Below, piece by piece: positions 41,164 through 50,490 of a DNA stretch of 64,000 nucleotides. The stretch spans positions 1-64,000 of the IMG/VR virus record IMGVR_UViG_3300017742_000001. One strand, 5' to 3'. The DNA comes from a virus. The notes beneath the pieces were generated by a model that was given only the letters and a program-made list of their open reading frames with translations, was not told the DNA's origin and searched no databases. The translations under genes and the position numbers were made by a program. Numbering within the stretch: the stretch's first letter is position 1; every line of letters begins with the position of its first letter.

Positions 41164-41759
41164 TGGAATATCAAATTGTAGATAATGTAATACCAAAAGT
41201 ATATCAAGACGATATTGAAGATTTACTTTTAGGTAATAATAGTTTTCCTTGGTACTATGTTGCTGACGTAACACTTACTGCTGACAAAATTAAAAGATAC
41301 AACACTAGAGCAATTTGTCCTGCATTTAATCACGTGTTTTATGAAGATGTAAATGACAATAACGATGCTTGGTGGCCTTTTATTAAGCCGTTAGTTTATA
41401 TGGCGTGTGATAAAATTAATGTTGATGTGGAGCACGTTTATCAAGCACGTTCTTTTTTACAATTACCTATTAGTAAAAATGTGCCAAGTAATCATCCACA
41501 TATCGACTTGCAGTTTGATCATTTAGTATGCTTGTATTATGTAGTTGATAATGAAGCACCAACTACATTATATAAACAAACACGGCACGATACACAATCT
41601 GCAAATATGGAAGATGTAGAATGGGAACCATTAGTTACTTGTCAACCTAAAAAAGGAAGAGCATTATTCTTTAACGGCAAATACTATCATTCAAGTTCTA
41701 GTCCAAATCAATCATCTAGAGCAATTATTAATTTTGATGTAATAGGAAATACACAATGA
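41163..41759 (+). CDS. 2OG-Fe(II) oxygenase (HxD)
   Basis: FPWYY, HPHID, LYYV, PKKGR..F.G..YHSS, RAIINF. Confidence 0.85.
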   Translation: MEYQIVDNVIPKVYQDDIEDLLLGNNSFPWYYVADVTLTADKIKRYNTRAICPAFNHVFYEDVNDNNDAWWPFIKPLVYMACDKINVDVEHVYQARSFLQLPISKNVPSNHPHIDLQFDHLVCLYYVVDNEAPTTLYKQTRHDTQSANMEDVEWEPLVTCQPKKGRALFFNGKYYHSSSSPNQSSRAIINFDVIGNTQ

Positions 41760-42337
41760 TAGAAAATTATTTTGGTATTCCTGTTAAGTTAGTTGATACT
41801 GATAACCAAGATGTTATCAATGAGGCTGTACAAGTTGCAGAAACACAAAGAAGTAATACAACTAATCCTTGGTCAAGCGATATACAAAGCACATTTAAGT
41901 TTGATGAATATATAAATGTATTAAAAGATCAATGTCCGCTTTTAAGCAAACACATTTATAAACATATACATCAGTATCTAGCAGAACTAGCAGTTGATCC
42001 TCCATACACACTTGTAAACTTAGACGAATCGTGGTATAATTATAGCCAGCCGGGTATGTGGCAAGAGTTTCATATGCATCCAGAAAGCGATATAAGTGGA
42101 ATATTTTATGTAACTGCTCCTAAAGATAGTGGCAACATAATGTTTAATCCGCCAGCAAGTGCATACAACTTTCATAAACTAACACACAGAGCAAAAAATA
42201 TGCAGCCTAATATTTGGTTTGAACCTATTGTAGGACGATTGTTGTTATGGCCTTCATATTTAGAACATATGGTTGTAAAAAACAAAAGCAATGAAGAAAG
42301 AATTAGCATTGCATTTAATGTAAAGTTGATAAACTAA
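41756..42337 (+). CDS. 2OG-Fe(II) oxygenase-like protein (HxH type)
   Basis: SWYN, EFHMH, SGIFY, WPSYLEH, RISIAFN. Confidence 0.85.
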   Translation: MIENYFGIPVKLVDTDNQDVINEAVQVAETQRSNTTNPWSSDIQSTFKFDEYINVLKDQCPLLSKHIYKHIHQYLAELAVDPPYTLVNLDESWYNYSQPGMWQEFHMHPESDISGIFYVTAPKDSGNIMFNPPASAYNFHKLTHRAKNMQPNIWFEPIVGRLLLWPSYLEHMVVKNKSNEERISIAFNVKLIN

Positions 42338-42978
42338 TGACAGATCATATTGAAGTAGTACCTATTTTTCCAACACCTGTATACTTTGCTATTTGCGAAG
42401 ATGAAATACAGCAATGCATTAACTATATGGAAAACGCTCCAATTGATGTTGAAAAGGATCAACAAACAATTAAAGAGTATGGTACAATAAGTCAAGACAA
42501 TTATATTCTAAATCGTGAAGAAATGACTCCGTTAAGAAACTGGATTATGAAGCAGGTTAACAACTATGCTGAAAATGTACTTGCTTGGAACTTTAATAAA
42601 ATTGACTTAACTATGAGTTGGGTATCGATAAAAGAAAAAGGTCAGCGACACAAGTATCATATTCATCCTAACAGTTTAATTTCCGGAGTGTTTTACTGGG
42701 AAGAAAGCGAGATAGAACCTATCAGTTTTTTACGTCCTAGAAAATTTAACAACTTTGAAATAGATCGTAATGAAGATATTGATGCACCGTATGCATTTGA
42801 TACGCATTCATTCACTCCAAGAAAACATACACTTGTACTATTTCCTAGTGAGCTTCAACATAGTGTGGGAAAAATAAAGCAAGACCTTCCGAGAAAGAGT
42901 CTTGCTTTTAATACTTTTATCTTTGAAAAGATTGGAAGACCTGACAGCCTTACTGAATTAGATCTTAGTAAAAACTAG
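42337..42978 (+). CDS. 2OG-Fe(II) oxygenase-like protein (HxH type)
   Basis: FPTPVY, YHIHPNS.ISGVFY, FPSELQH, RKSLAFN. Confidence 0.85.
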   Translation: MTDHIEVVPIFPTPVYFAICEDEIQQCINYMENAPIDVEKDQQTIKEYGTISQDNYILNREEMTPLRNWIMKQVNNYAENVLAWNFNKIDLTMSWVSIKEKGQRHKYHIHPNSLISGVFYWEESEIEPISFLRPRKFNNFEIDRNEDIDAPYAFDTHSFTPRKHTLVLFPSELQHSVGKIKQDLPRKSLAFNTFIFEKIGRPDSLTELDLSKN

Positions 42979-43154
42979 TAGTTATTAGCACTATCTAATT
43001 CGTCTTCAGTAAGAATATCGCCGACCATTACTGGAGCGCCGCCATCCTTGACTAATGCTATCTGTCTATCTTCAGTGTTGTACAAAAACATTGCATAATC
43101 ATATGCTTTATAATATTTGTCGAAAGTTTTTCCTTCAACTGTAAATGTTGCCAT
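42975..43154 (-). CDS. 59-aa hypothetical protein (not in ORF track)
   Basis: AAGGAG RBS then MATFTVEGKTFDKYYKAYDYAMFLYNTEDRQIALVKDGGAPVMVGDILTEDELDSANNY*; fills the gap between convergent genes. Confidence 0.7.
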   Translation of the reverse strand: MATFTVEGKTFDKYYKAYDYAMFLYNTEDRQIALVKDGGAPVMVGDILTEDELDSANNY

Positions 43155-43188
43155 AGTAACAAGTCTCCTTAATACGTCTGTTATATGT

Positions 43189-43803
43189 TTATTTATTCAA
43201 TTTAGCCCAATTAAAGTGGTTTTCTTTTCCTAGCGTGTTGGGCATAATATTTACCGCTACTGTATAACGTTCAGAAACAGCGTTAAAATTAGCAGCACTA
43301 CGGTGGTTTATGTAGGATGGAAATAGAACTACATTATCTTGCTCTGGTCTAATTGCTATTTCAGGGCAATTGTAGTTTGTAAACTTGTCTACTTCGGTTT
43401 GTAAACTAAGTTGCAGTGGATTCTTAGTAGTTTGGAATAGTGTAGGGCCTGTTCCTTCGTCTGCTTTAAGATAGTAGACTGCTGAAATAAGTGAATTAGA
43501 ATGCCAGTGCCAGTCAATACTTCCGCCATCGGGCATCTTGTTAAGCCACGCTTGTGTGATATACATACCGTCGTGCTTATATCCTAGTTCTGTCCAATAG
43601 TGTTCAGCCTTTCTTACAATCCAATTTAGTAGTGGTTGCCATTCGGCAACTTCTTGTAGATTAGTTTGACTTTGATCAAAATCGCCTAAGCCGTTGTTGT
43701 CAGTTTTCCACTCTATACTGTTCATTAAACTATCGATATCAAGTTTAATGTCAGTGTTAGTTGCTAAGCCAATGCCTTCTGGAAATATTGACCTAATTTT
43801 CAT
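43189..43803 (-). CDS. 2OG-Fe(II) oxygenase-like protein (HxH type)
   Basis: AWLN, WHWHSNS.ISAVYY, FPSYINH, RYTVAVN. Confidence 0.85.
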   Translation of the reverse strand: MKIRSIFPEGIGLATNTDIKLDIDSLMNSIEWKTDNNGLGDFDQSQTNLQEVAEWQPLLNWIVRKAEHYWTELGYKHDGMYITQAWLNKMPDGGSIDWHWHSNSLISAVYYLKADEGTGPTLFQTTKNPLQLSLQTEVDKFTNYNCPEIAIRPEQDNVVLFPSYINHRSAANFNAVSERYTVAVNIMPNTLGKENHFNWAKLNK

Positions 43804-44057
43804 TAGTCAGCAACGGCGATATCAGTAATTGCATCCCAACCAACAATATAACGTTGATGAGTTTCAAGATCAATAACTTCAGCAAGTCTCTTTTCTTTAT
43901 CTCTCTGTAAGATCTGACCTTTACCTGAAATCAATGCTTTTGGAATCACTTCATCTGATTGTGATAACAATGGCATTGTATTAGGATCAATCTCTGCTTC
44001 ATACATACAGAAGTAATTTACTCCGGGTTCCAATGTTTCTACTGTAATAATACTCAT
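43803..44057 (-). CDS. Hypothetical protein
   Basis: 84 aa, translationally coupled to neighbours. Confidence 0.65.
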   Translation of the reverse strand: MSIITVETLEPGVNYFCMYEAEIDPNTMPLLSQSDEVIPKALISGKGQILQRDKEKRLAEVIDLETHQRYIVGWDAITDIAVAD

Positions 44058-44786
44058 TTACTTTTTCTCCTTTTTAACTATTCGTTGGTGCTCTTTGTAG
44101 CCATTTTTAAATTTGCCGGCCCACCACAAATAACTTTGGTTAGTTATATTATATAGCCGGTCTTTGTACTCAGACACTTTATGTTTGATTACATTTCTTT
44201 GCACAGGAATAAACATACAAAGAGGTGTTCCCCTTTCAATAATATATTCTCCATAGTCAAAGAATGCCATCTGCTGAGAACATTCGTGATGTATGTCAGA
44301 CCAAAACGAGCCTGGTAATACTTCGAATCTTTTATCGTAATGAAACAACATTGGTAGTTGTAACACTGACCATCCTTTAGGAGTTTTTAGTCTCCACGGA
44401 CTTATTGCTTTCAATACCATACTATACTTGTCAGGATCAGGCAAATGATTTGCAAATTGTAAATCGCCGTGATTAGTAAATTCAAATCTTTCATCTGCTG
44501 ATTCTACACTGTATGTTCTATCTTTATTAATAGTAATTTTAAAATCTGTCCACATTCTTAATACATATGCTTGCTTCCAAAATTCAGCATATGCAGGACA
44601 TTGTTTTGCAGTTTCTACTCTACCATTTGCCCCAAAATTAGTATATACATCTCTTGCAGTCGTTGGCATTTCTTTAAACCAATCCGGTATACATTGTGTA
44701 GCAGGAACCGGCGGAGCAGTATGTTCTAGTCCTTTCTCTATAGACCAGAATTCAATAGTTGGTTGAGTTTTTTGAAACCACTTCAT
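44058..44786 (-). CDS. Hypothetical beta-rich protein (possible dUTPase-like fold), paralogue of 44783
   Basis: PDWFK, TAKQCP, SPWRLKTPKGWS, IERGTPL. Confidence 0.7.
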   Translation of the reverse strand: MKWFQKTQPTIEFWSIEKGLEHTAPPVPATQCIPDWFKEMPTTARDVYTNFGANGRVETAKQCPAYAEFWKQAYVLRMWTDFKITINKDRTYSVESADERFEFTNHGDLQFANHLPDPDKYSMVLKAISPWRLKTPKGWSVLQLPMLFHYDKRFEVLPGSFWSDIHHECSQQMAFFDYGEYIIERGTPLCMFIPVQRNVIKHKVSEYKDRLYNITNQSYLWWAGKFKNGYKEHQRIVKKEKK

Positions 44787-45511
44787 TTATTTTCTTGCTT
44801 TTTAATGATAGTTTGATGTTCTTTATATCCGCCTGCAAATTTACCAGAAAACCAATAATATTGTTTTTCTTCTAGACGTTTTAATTCATCGTCCATTTCT
44901 CTAACTTCAAGAGTTATTTTTTCTCTTTTTATTGGAACGTACATTGCTAAAGGCGTGCCTCGTGGAATCATATATTCACCATATTCCTTAAATGCCATTT
45001 GCGGGTTTACTTCGTAATGTATATCAGCACTCATTACACCAGGAAGTACTTCAAATCTTTTATCAAAATGATAGTGTAAAGGCAATTGCATTAAATCATA
45101 ACCTTTAGGTGTTACCATTCTCCAAGGACTGTTTGCTTTTAATACCATTGCATATTCACGAGTGTCTAAATGATCTAAAAACTGATTATCTAAATGATTT
45201 GTAAAACTAAAAAGTTTTTCAGGAGTTTTAACTTCCCAAGTAGTATCTTCATTTATTTTAATCCACAGATCGCACCATAGATATAAAACAACGCCTGACT
45301 TATAATAATCTACAAACGCAGGACACTTTTTTGCTGTACCTGGGTGTCCGCTCCATTGTTCCATAATTTCTTTAGGCATTTTTTTAAACCAATCAGGTAT
45401 TGCTGCTGTTGCAAGTTTTGGAGGGTAGATTGTTTCTAGCCCTCGTACAGTTGTATAGCAGGTTACTAATGGTTGTTTCTTTTTAAATTTGTTTTTAAGC
45501 CAGTTAATCAT
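44783..45511 (-). CDS. Hypothetical beta-rich protein, paralogue of 44058
   Basis: PDWFK, TAKKCP, SPWRMVTPKGY, IPRGTPL. Confidence 0.7.
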   Translation of the reverse strand: MINWLKNKFKKKQPLVTCYTTVRGLETIYPPKLATAAIPDWFKKMPKEIMEQWSGHPGTAKKCPAFVDYYKSGVVLYLWCDLWIKINEDTTWEVKTPEKLFSFTNHLDNQFLDHLDTREYAMVLKANSPWRMVTPKGYDLMQLPLHYHFDKRFEVLPGVMSADIHYEVNPQMAFKEYGEYMIPRGTPLAMYVPIKREKITLEVREMDDELKRLEEKQYYWFSGKFAGGYKEHQTIIKKQENK

Positions 45512-46100
45512 ATTGTTCCGTTGTAAAATTAAAAGTTAGCACACATCTTGAATAACCACTAGTAGGCTTTTTACTTGAATGATAATGTTTACCATTAAAA
45601 ATAAACATCTTTCCTTTTTTAGGTGTTGATGTAGTTAAAACTGTATAGTTGTCACTTGGTTGTGTTTCGTTATAAACACTAGTGTCGCCATCGCTATCAT
45701 TTACATAATACAATCCAGTCCAGTGAGGACAGAAAAAATCTAAATGAGGCTCATCGCCGCCATCTACAGGCTCAGCATTATCGACCATACTATCACTAGC
45801 ATTGCTTGGTACAAGCAAACCACAACGCAGTCTCAGCAACTTTCCTAAATCCTTGCCCAATACATCTCCCATCATATACCAAATAGGTAGTAACAACTGT
45901 AAATGATTACTTGCAGTTGATCCTTTTGGTAAATCAGGACCGTCATTTAGTGCAAGATGTGTGAATCCTAAACTGTATGTATTAGTATTATTATAGTGTT
46001 CGTGATTAGCAAACCACGGAAACTCCGTACTATACATTAGGCTTTCTACTTCATCTTGATAGGCCTTAGGAAGTGCGTTTTCGACTGTAATATGTTCCAT
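45504..46100 (-). CDS. 2OG-Fe(II) oxygenase (HxD)
   Basis: FPWF, PHLD, LYYVNDSDGDT, PKKGK..F.G..YHSS; start reassigned to ATG 46100, 5 nt after TAAATA. Confidence 0.85.
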   Translation of the reverse strand: MEHITVENALPKAYQDEVESLMYSTEFPWFANHEHYNNTNTYSLGFTHLALNDGPDLPKGSTASNHLQLLLPIWYMMGDVLGKDLGKLLRLRCGLLVPSNASDSMVDNAEPVDGGDEPHLDFFCPHWTGLYYVNDSDGDTSVYNETQPSDNYTVLTTSTPKKGKMFIFNGKHYHSSKKPTSGYSRCVLTFNFTTEQYD

Positions 46101-46105
46101 AAAAC

Positions 46106-46157
46106 TATTTATGGTGCTTTTTCGCATAGACACGTTATCTTGGCAGTCGGATAAATA
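46106..46157. promoter_or_regulatory. Divergent pair of TAAATA late promoters
   Basis: Minus-strand TAAATA 46111-46106 and plus-strand TAAATA 46152-46157. Confidence 0.6.
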
Positions 46158-46186
46158 CTATACAACAAGACGGATCAGAGAGAAAT

Positions 46187-47281
46187 ATGGCAAGATTACC
46201 AATTATTAATAACCTTAGAGTAGTGCCAAGAGATACCGATTTTCTTGATAGAAAGTTGGGTTTACGCGGTGAAATTTTCTATGATAACGACAAAAAGACT
46301 TTACGCCTGTATGATGCACAAACAGTAGGCGGAATGGAACTTGTAAAAGAAGATTTATCAAACGTAACTAATGCTATATTTGCTGCAAAAGCATTAACAG
46401 CAGGTGTAGGTGGCGGCGGAAGCGGCAGTATCGAAGTAAGTGATAGTGCGCCCACTGAGCCAGAAGAAGGAACAATTTGGTTTGATAGTTCAACAGCAAG
46501 ATTATATGTATATGTTAATGACGGAAATAGCGCACAATGGATTCAACCAGCAGTACCAGCATCACAAAGTGGTGGCGGTGGCGTATCTAGTTGGGGAGAC
46601 TTACAAGATAAGCCTACAACATTAGGCGGGTATGGCATTACTGATGCTGTTCCTAAAACAGGTGCAACTATAACAGGTGCAATTGATGCTCCTACAGTAG
46701 CCGCACACGGATTAAGATTTTTATATCCAACAATAAGCGACTTCCCAGATGCAACTACGTATCACGGAGCAGTTGCACACAGTCACGCAGATGGCGCATT
46801 ATATTTTGCACACGCTGGCGGATGGGTCGAACTTGCAAACAAAACAATATTAACAACATACGCAACTACTACAGCACTTAACACTGCTACATCAAACGCT
46901 TCCAATTGGGACTCGGCATTTGGTTGGGGTGATCATTCTGTTGCTGGATACTTAACAACAGAATCTGATACACTTGATACAATTACTGGTAGAGGCGCAA
47001 CGACAACAAACACAATTACCGTCGGCGGATTGAATACATCTACGTTTAGTGACACTGGTATTGGAGCAACTGCAATTAATAGTTCGTCAGCAGTAACAAT
47101 TACTACTGTAGACGGCGCAAGATTTGCAGGTGGTCCTGTAAGACTGCCATCGATGGACGATACTGCACGTAATGCTTTAACTGCTGTGAACGGTGATATA
47201 ATTTATAATACAACTTCCAATAAGATAGAGGGTTATCAAAATGGTGGTTGGATTGAATTAGACACTGGCGCGGCAGCATAA
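46187..47281 (+). CDS. Virion structural (fibre-like) protein
   Basis: GEIFYD...LRLYD, P.EG.IWFDS, KPTTLGGYGITD, GDIIYNTT..KIEGY motifs. Confidence 0.7.
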   Translation: MARLPIINNLRVVPRDTDFLDRKLGLRGEIFYDNDKKTLRLYDAQTVGGMELVKEDLSNVTNAIFAAKALTAGVGGGGSGSIEVSDSAPTEPEEGTIWFDSSTARLYVYVNDGNSAQWIQPAVPASQSGGGGVSSWGDLQDKPTTLGGYGITDAVPKTGATITGAIDAPTVAAHGLRFLYPTISDFPDATTYHGAVAHSHADGALYFAHAGGWVELANKTILTTYATTTALNTATSNASNWDSAFGWGDHSVAGYLTTESDTLDTITGRGATTTNTITVGGLNTSTFSDTGIGATAINSSSAVTITTVDGARFAGGPVRLPSMDDTARNALTAVNGDIIYNTTSNKIEGYQNGGWIELDTGAAA

Positions 47282-50200
47282 TGAGTGAAAGAGAATACGT
47301 AGTAGTTGTTAACAAAGGTGTTAACTTAACAGAACTAGAAGCAGAACTAACAGCAAGTTCTGGATCAGGACCTATTCCAGATAGATCAGTACCAGTTGCC
47401 GATGCAAGAATTGGGTCAACTAGAATGACTCACTTTATGCTTACTGCTGATGAAGCAACTGAATTAATGAAAGACGATAGAGTATTGTCTGTAGAAATTC
47501 CAGTTGGGGAAAGGACAGATATACAAATTGGTCATCACTTAACACAAGGCGGATCAAACTTTAGAAGATCTACTGTACATTCAAATACAGATATCAACTG
47601 GGGCCTAGTACGATGTGCCGGCACATCAAATGCAATGTATCAAAACAATGTTGCACCTTCCAACGATTATATAACTGGGCTTGGCGGCAACGGAGTTGAT
47701 GTTGTAATACAAGATAGTGGTATTCAAGCAGACCATCCAGATTTCTTTGATAGAAATGGTACTACAAGAGTACAACAAATTAATTGGTATACTGCTAGTG
47801 GAATAGCAGGAACGCAGGATTCAAATTTTTACGAAGATTATGATGGACACGGTACGCACTGTGCAAGTATTGCAGCAGGTTTGAAATACGGCTGGGCAAA
47901 AGCAGCAAACATTTATGCACAAAAATTAGCAGGACTAGAAGGAACAGGCGATCCTGGTAATGGTATTTCAATAGGTAATGCATTTGATGCAATTAGATTA
48001 TGGCACAATGCAAAAACAAATGGTCGTCCTACAGTAGTTAATATGAGTTGGGGATACAGCACAAACATAACTACAGATCCATCTAGCGGAAATTATCGAG
48101 GTTCTGCTTGGGTTTGGAATCCAGGTGAATTTGTAGAAGGGTATGATTCAAGAGATGGCTTGTTTAGTTCTACAGGTGTAGTTGACAAACTATTTGGTGG
48201 CGGCGCATATACAATTATGCCTAATCGTGTTACATCTGTTGACGCTGAAATAGATGATATGATTGCAGCAGGAATACACGTAGTAATTGCAGCAGGAAAC
48301 AATATATTTAAACACGATGTTCCAGCCGGAGATGATTACAATAATACAGTAGTGTTTAGTGGCACAACTTATAACTATCATAGAGGTAGTTCACCTCATA
48401 GTGATGATGCAGGCTGCTTTGAAGTAGGTAATATAGACTACCATACTGAAGAATTGATTGGTGGTACAGGAACAGACATCATTACAGATTCTAGCACACG
48501 AGGACCTGCAATTAATATGTTAGCACCGGGTCAAGAAATTATGGCTGCAACAAGTACAACTAATAGATTTACAGATTTTAATTATCCAGAAAATACCAAT
48601 TTTAAAATTACAGCGATTGGCGGAACAAGTATGGCGGCACCTCAAGTAGCAGGTGTTATTGCACAGCATTTAGAAGTATTTCCTGAAATAACTCCTGCAC
48701 AAATGCAAACAAGAATTACAAATGATGCAGTATCAGATGTAATTTACACAACTAATAACGACACAGATTATAATGCTTACCCAAATAGTTTAATGGGTAC
48801 TCCTAACAAAATGTTATATAGCAGATATAATCAGCAACCTTTGTCATTTACAGGATTTGCGATGACAACAGGAGCATCAAGTGCTACTTACGCATTGGCA
48901 GCGGATGTAACAAATGTAAATGAAGGTGGTACAGTTACATTTACTTTAACCACAACTGGTTTACCGGACGGCACAGCAGTTTCTTATGCAATTAGTGGGA
49001 TACAATCAGGTGATTTAAGTTCAGGATCAACATCGGGAGCATTCACTGTTACAAGTAATACTGCAACAGCAGCATTTACACTTGCAAACGATCTTACAAC
49101 TGAAGGTGCAGAAACACTAACTTTATCATTGCTTAACGGTCAAGGCTCGCAAGCAGTTACAGTTAATGATACTAGTGTTACACCACCAGCAGCAACTTAT
49201 ACACTAAGTTCAGATGTAACAAATGTAAATGAAGGTGGTACAGTTACATTTACATTAACAACTACACAAATTCCAGATGCAACAAATATTCCTTATACAA
49301 TTACAGGAGTAACTAGTGCTGACATAGGCGGTGAATCACTGACAGGAAACTTTACAATTACTTCTGGTACTGGAGATGTAGCAATTACGTTTGCAGAAGA
49401 CAGTACAACAGAAGGTGCTGAAACTATTAGATTGAGTTTGGATAACGGTGTAGACTTCCACGATGTTACAGTTAATGACACAAGTCAAGCACCAGTTACA
49501 CCAGATCCAACATACACATTATCTGGTCCTTTAAGCGCAAACGAAGGCGATACATTTACAGTAACTTTAACTACAACTAACGTAGAAGACGCTACAGAGG
49601 TCGCATATAGCGTTACAGGCACCATTAATAGTGACTTTACAAGTGGAACTACACTAGGTAACTTTGTAGTAAACAACAATACTGCACAAGTAAGTTGGAC
49701 ACTTGCAGCGGATCTAAGTACAGAAGGCACAGAGGCTATGCTTGTAAGTTTGGATAACGGCGAAGATACACACACTATTAGTATTCAAGATACAAGTAGA
49801 ACTATAGTGTATACAAATCTAATTAATGATGCAACAGGCGGTACTATTCAGGAAGGGCAAAGTGTTACATTTACTCTAACAGGTACTAATATTCCTGACG
49901 GTACAACAGTTCCGTATACAGTAACAGGTATTACAAATCCACAAGACACGGATGATGCCTTATCAGGAAACTTTACAATGGCCAGTGGCACAGATAGTGT
50001 TACTATTACTCTTAACGAAGATGTTACAACTGAAGGTGCAGAAACACTTACATTTACACTAGGTGCTACAGATAGTCTTGGAACTGCAACAGGTGCATTA
50101 AGTCAAAATATTACAATTCAAGATACTTCAGTTACATTTATTCCAGATTATACAATTACAGTAGAGCATAGCGGAAACAATTATTTGTTGAGCGGTACTG

Positions 50201-50469
50201 ATAGAAGTGCGTCATTTGCAAGTGCATCACAGCCTGCATTAACATTTAATACAGGAGATAAAGTACAGTTTGTAGTCAATTCTGATACTGCAAGCGCACA
50301 CCCATTCTACATAAAAACTTCACAAGGTAGTGGGCTAGGTAATCAAGTATCAGACGTTTCTGGGCAAGGAACAGGCCAACTAAATTGGACTATTGCTAGT
50401 ACAGGAACTTACTATTATCAGTGTAGTATACACGGTGGTATGAATAATACAATTACTGTAAACACATAA
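47281..50469 (+). CDS. Subtilisin-family (S8) serine protease with Calx-beta/Ig-like repeats and C-terminal cupredoxin-like domain
   Basis: Catalytic triad motifs VIQDSG, HGTHCAS, GTSMAAP; AAGN oxyanion motif; four NEG..TFTLT repeats; HPF...YYYQCSIHGGM. Confidence 0.88.
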   Translation: MSEREYVVVVNKGVNLTELEAELTASSGSGPIPDRSVPVADARIGSTRMTHFMLTADEATELMKDDRVLSVEIPVGERTDIQIGHHLTQGGSNFRRSTVHSNTDINWGLVRCAGTSNAMYQNNVAPSNDYITGLGGNGVDVVIQDSGIQADHPDFFDRNGTTRVQQINWYTASGIAGTQDSNFYEDYDGHGTHCASIAAGLKYGWAKAANIYAQKLAGLEGTGDPGNGISIGNAFDAIRLWHNAKTNGRPTVVNMSWGYSTNITTDPSSGNYRGSAWVWNPGEFVEGYDSRDGLFSSTGVVDKLFGGGAYTIMPNRVTSVDAEIDDMIAAGIHVVIAAGNNIFKHDVPAGDDYNNTVVFSGTTYNYHRGSSPHSDDAGCFEVGNIDYHTEELIGGTGTDIITDSSTRGPAINMLAPGQEIMAATSTTNRFTDFNYPENTNFKITAIGGTSMAAPQVAGVIAQHLEVFPEITPAQMQTRITNDAVSDVIYTTNNDTDYNAYPNSLMGTPNKMLYSRYNQQPLSFTGFAMTTGASSATYALAADVTNVNEGGTVTFTLTTTGLPDGTAVSYAISGIQSGDLSSGSTSGAFTVTSNTATAAFTLANDLTTEGAETLTLSLLNGQGSQAVTVNDTSVTPPAATYTLSSDVTNVNEGGTVTFTLTTTQIPDATNIPYTITGVTSADIGGESLTGNFTITSGTGDVAITFAEDSTTEGAETIRLSLDNGVDFHDVTVNDTSQAPVTPDPTYTLSGPLSANEGDTFTVTLTTTNVEDATEVAYSVTGTINSDFTSGTTLGNFVVNNNTAQVSWTLAADLSTEGTEAMLVSLDNGEDTHTISIQDTSRTIVYTNLINDATGGTIQEGQSVTFTLTGTNIPDGTTVPYTVTGITNPQDTDDALSGNFTMASGTDSVTITLNEDVTTEGAETLTFTLGATDSLGTATGALSQNITIQDTSVTFIPDYTITVEHSGNNYLLSGTDRSASFASASQPALTFNTGDKVQFVVNSDTASAHPFYIKTSQGSGLGNQVSDVSGQGTGQLNWTIASTGTYYYQCSIHGGMNNTITVNT
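48904..49253 (+). repeat. 41-nt exact direct repeat within Ig-like repeats
   Basis: GATGTAACAAATGTAAATGAAGGTGGTACAGTTACATTTAC at 48904-48944 and 49213-49253. Confidence 0.85.
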
Positions 50470-50490
50470 ATACATACGAGGTAACAATAT

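Noticed and set aside
34270-46100. Non-haem iron halogenases among the 2OG enzymes
   Set aside because: All show HxD or HxH ligands, not the HxA/HxG substitution of SyrB2/WelO5-type halogenases
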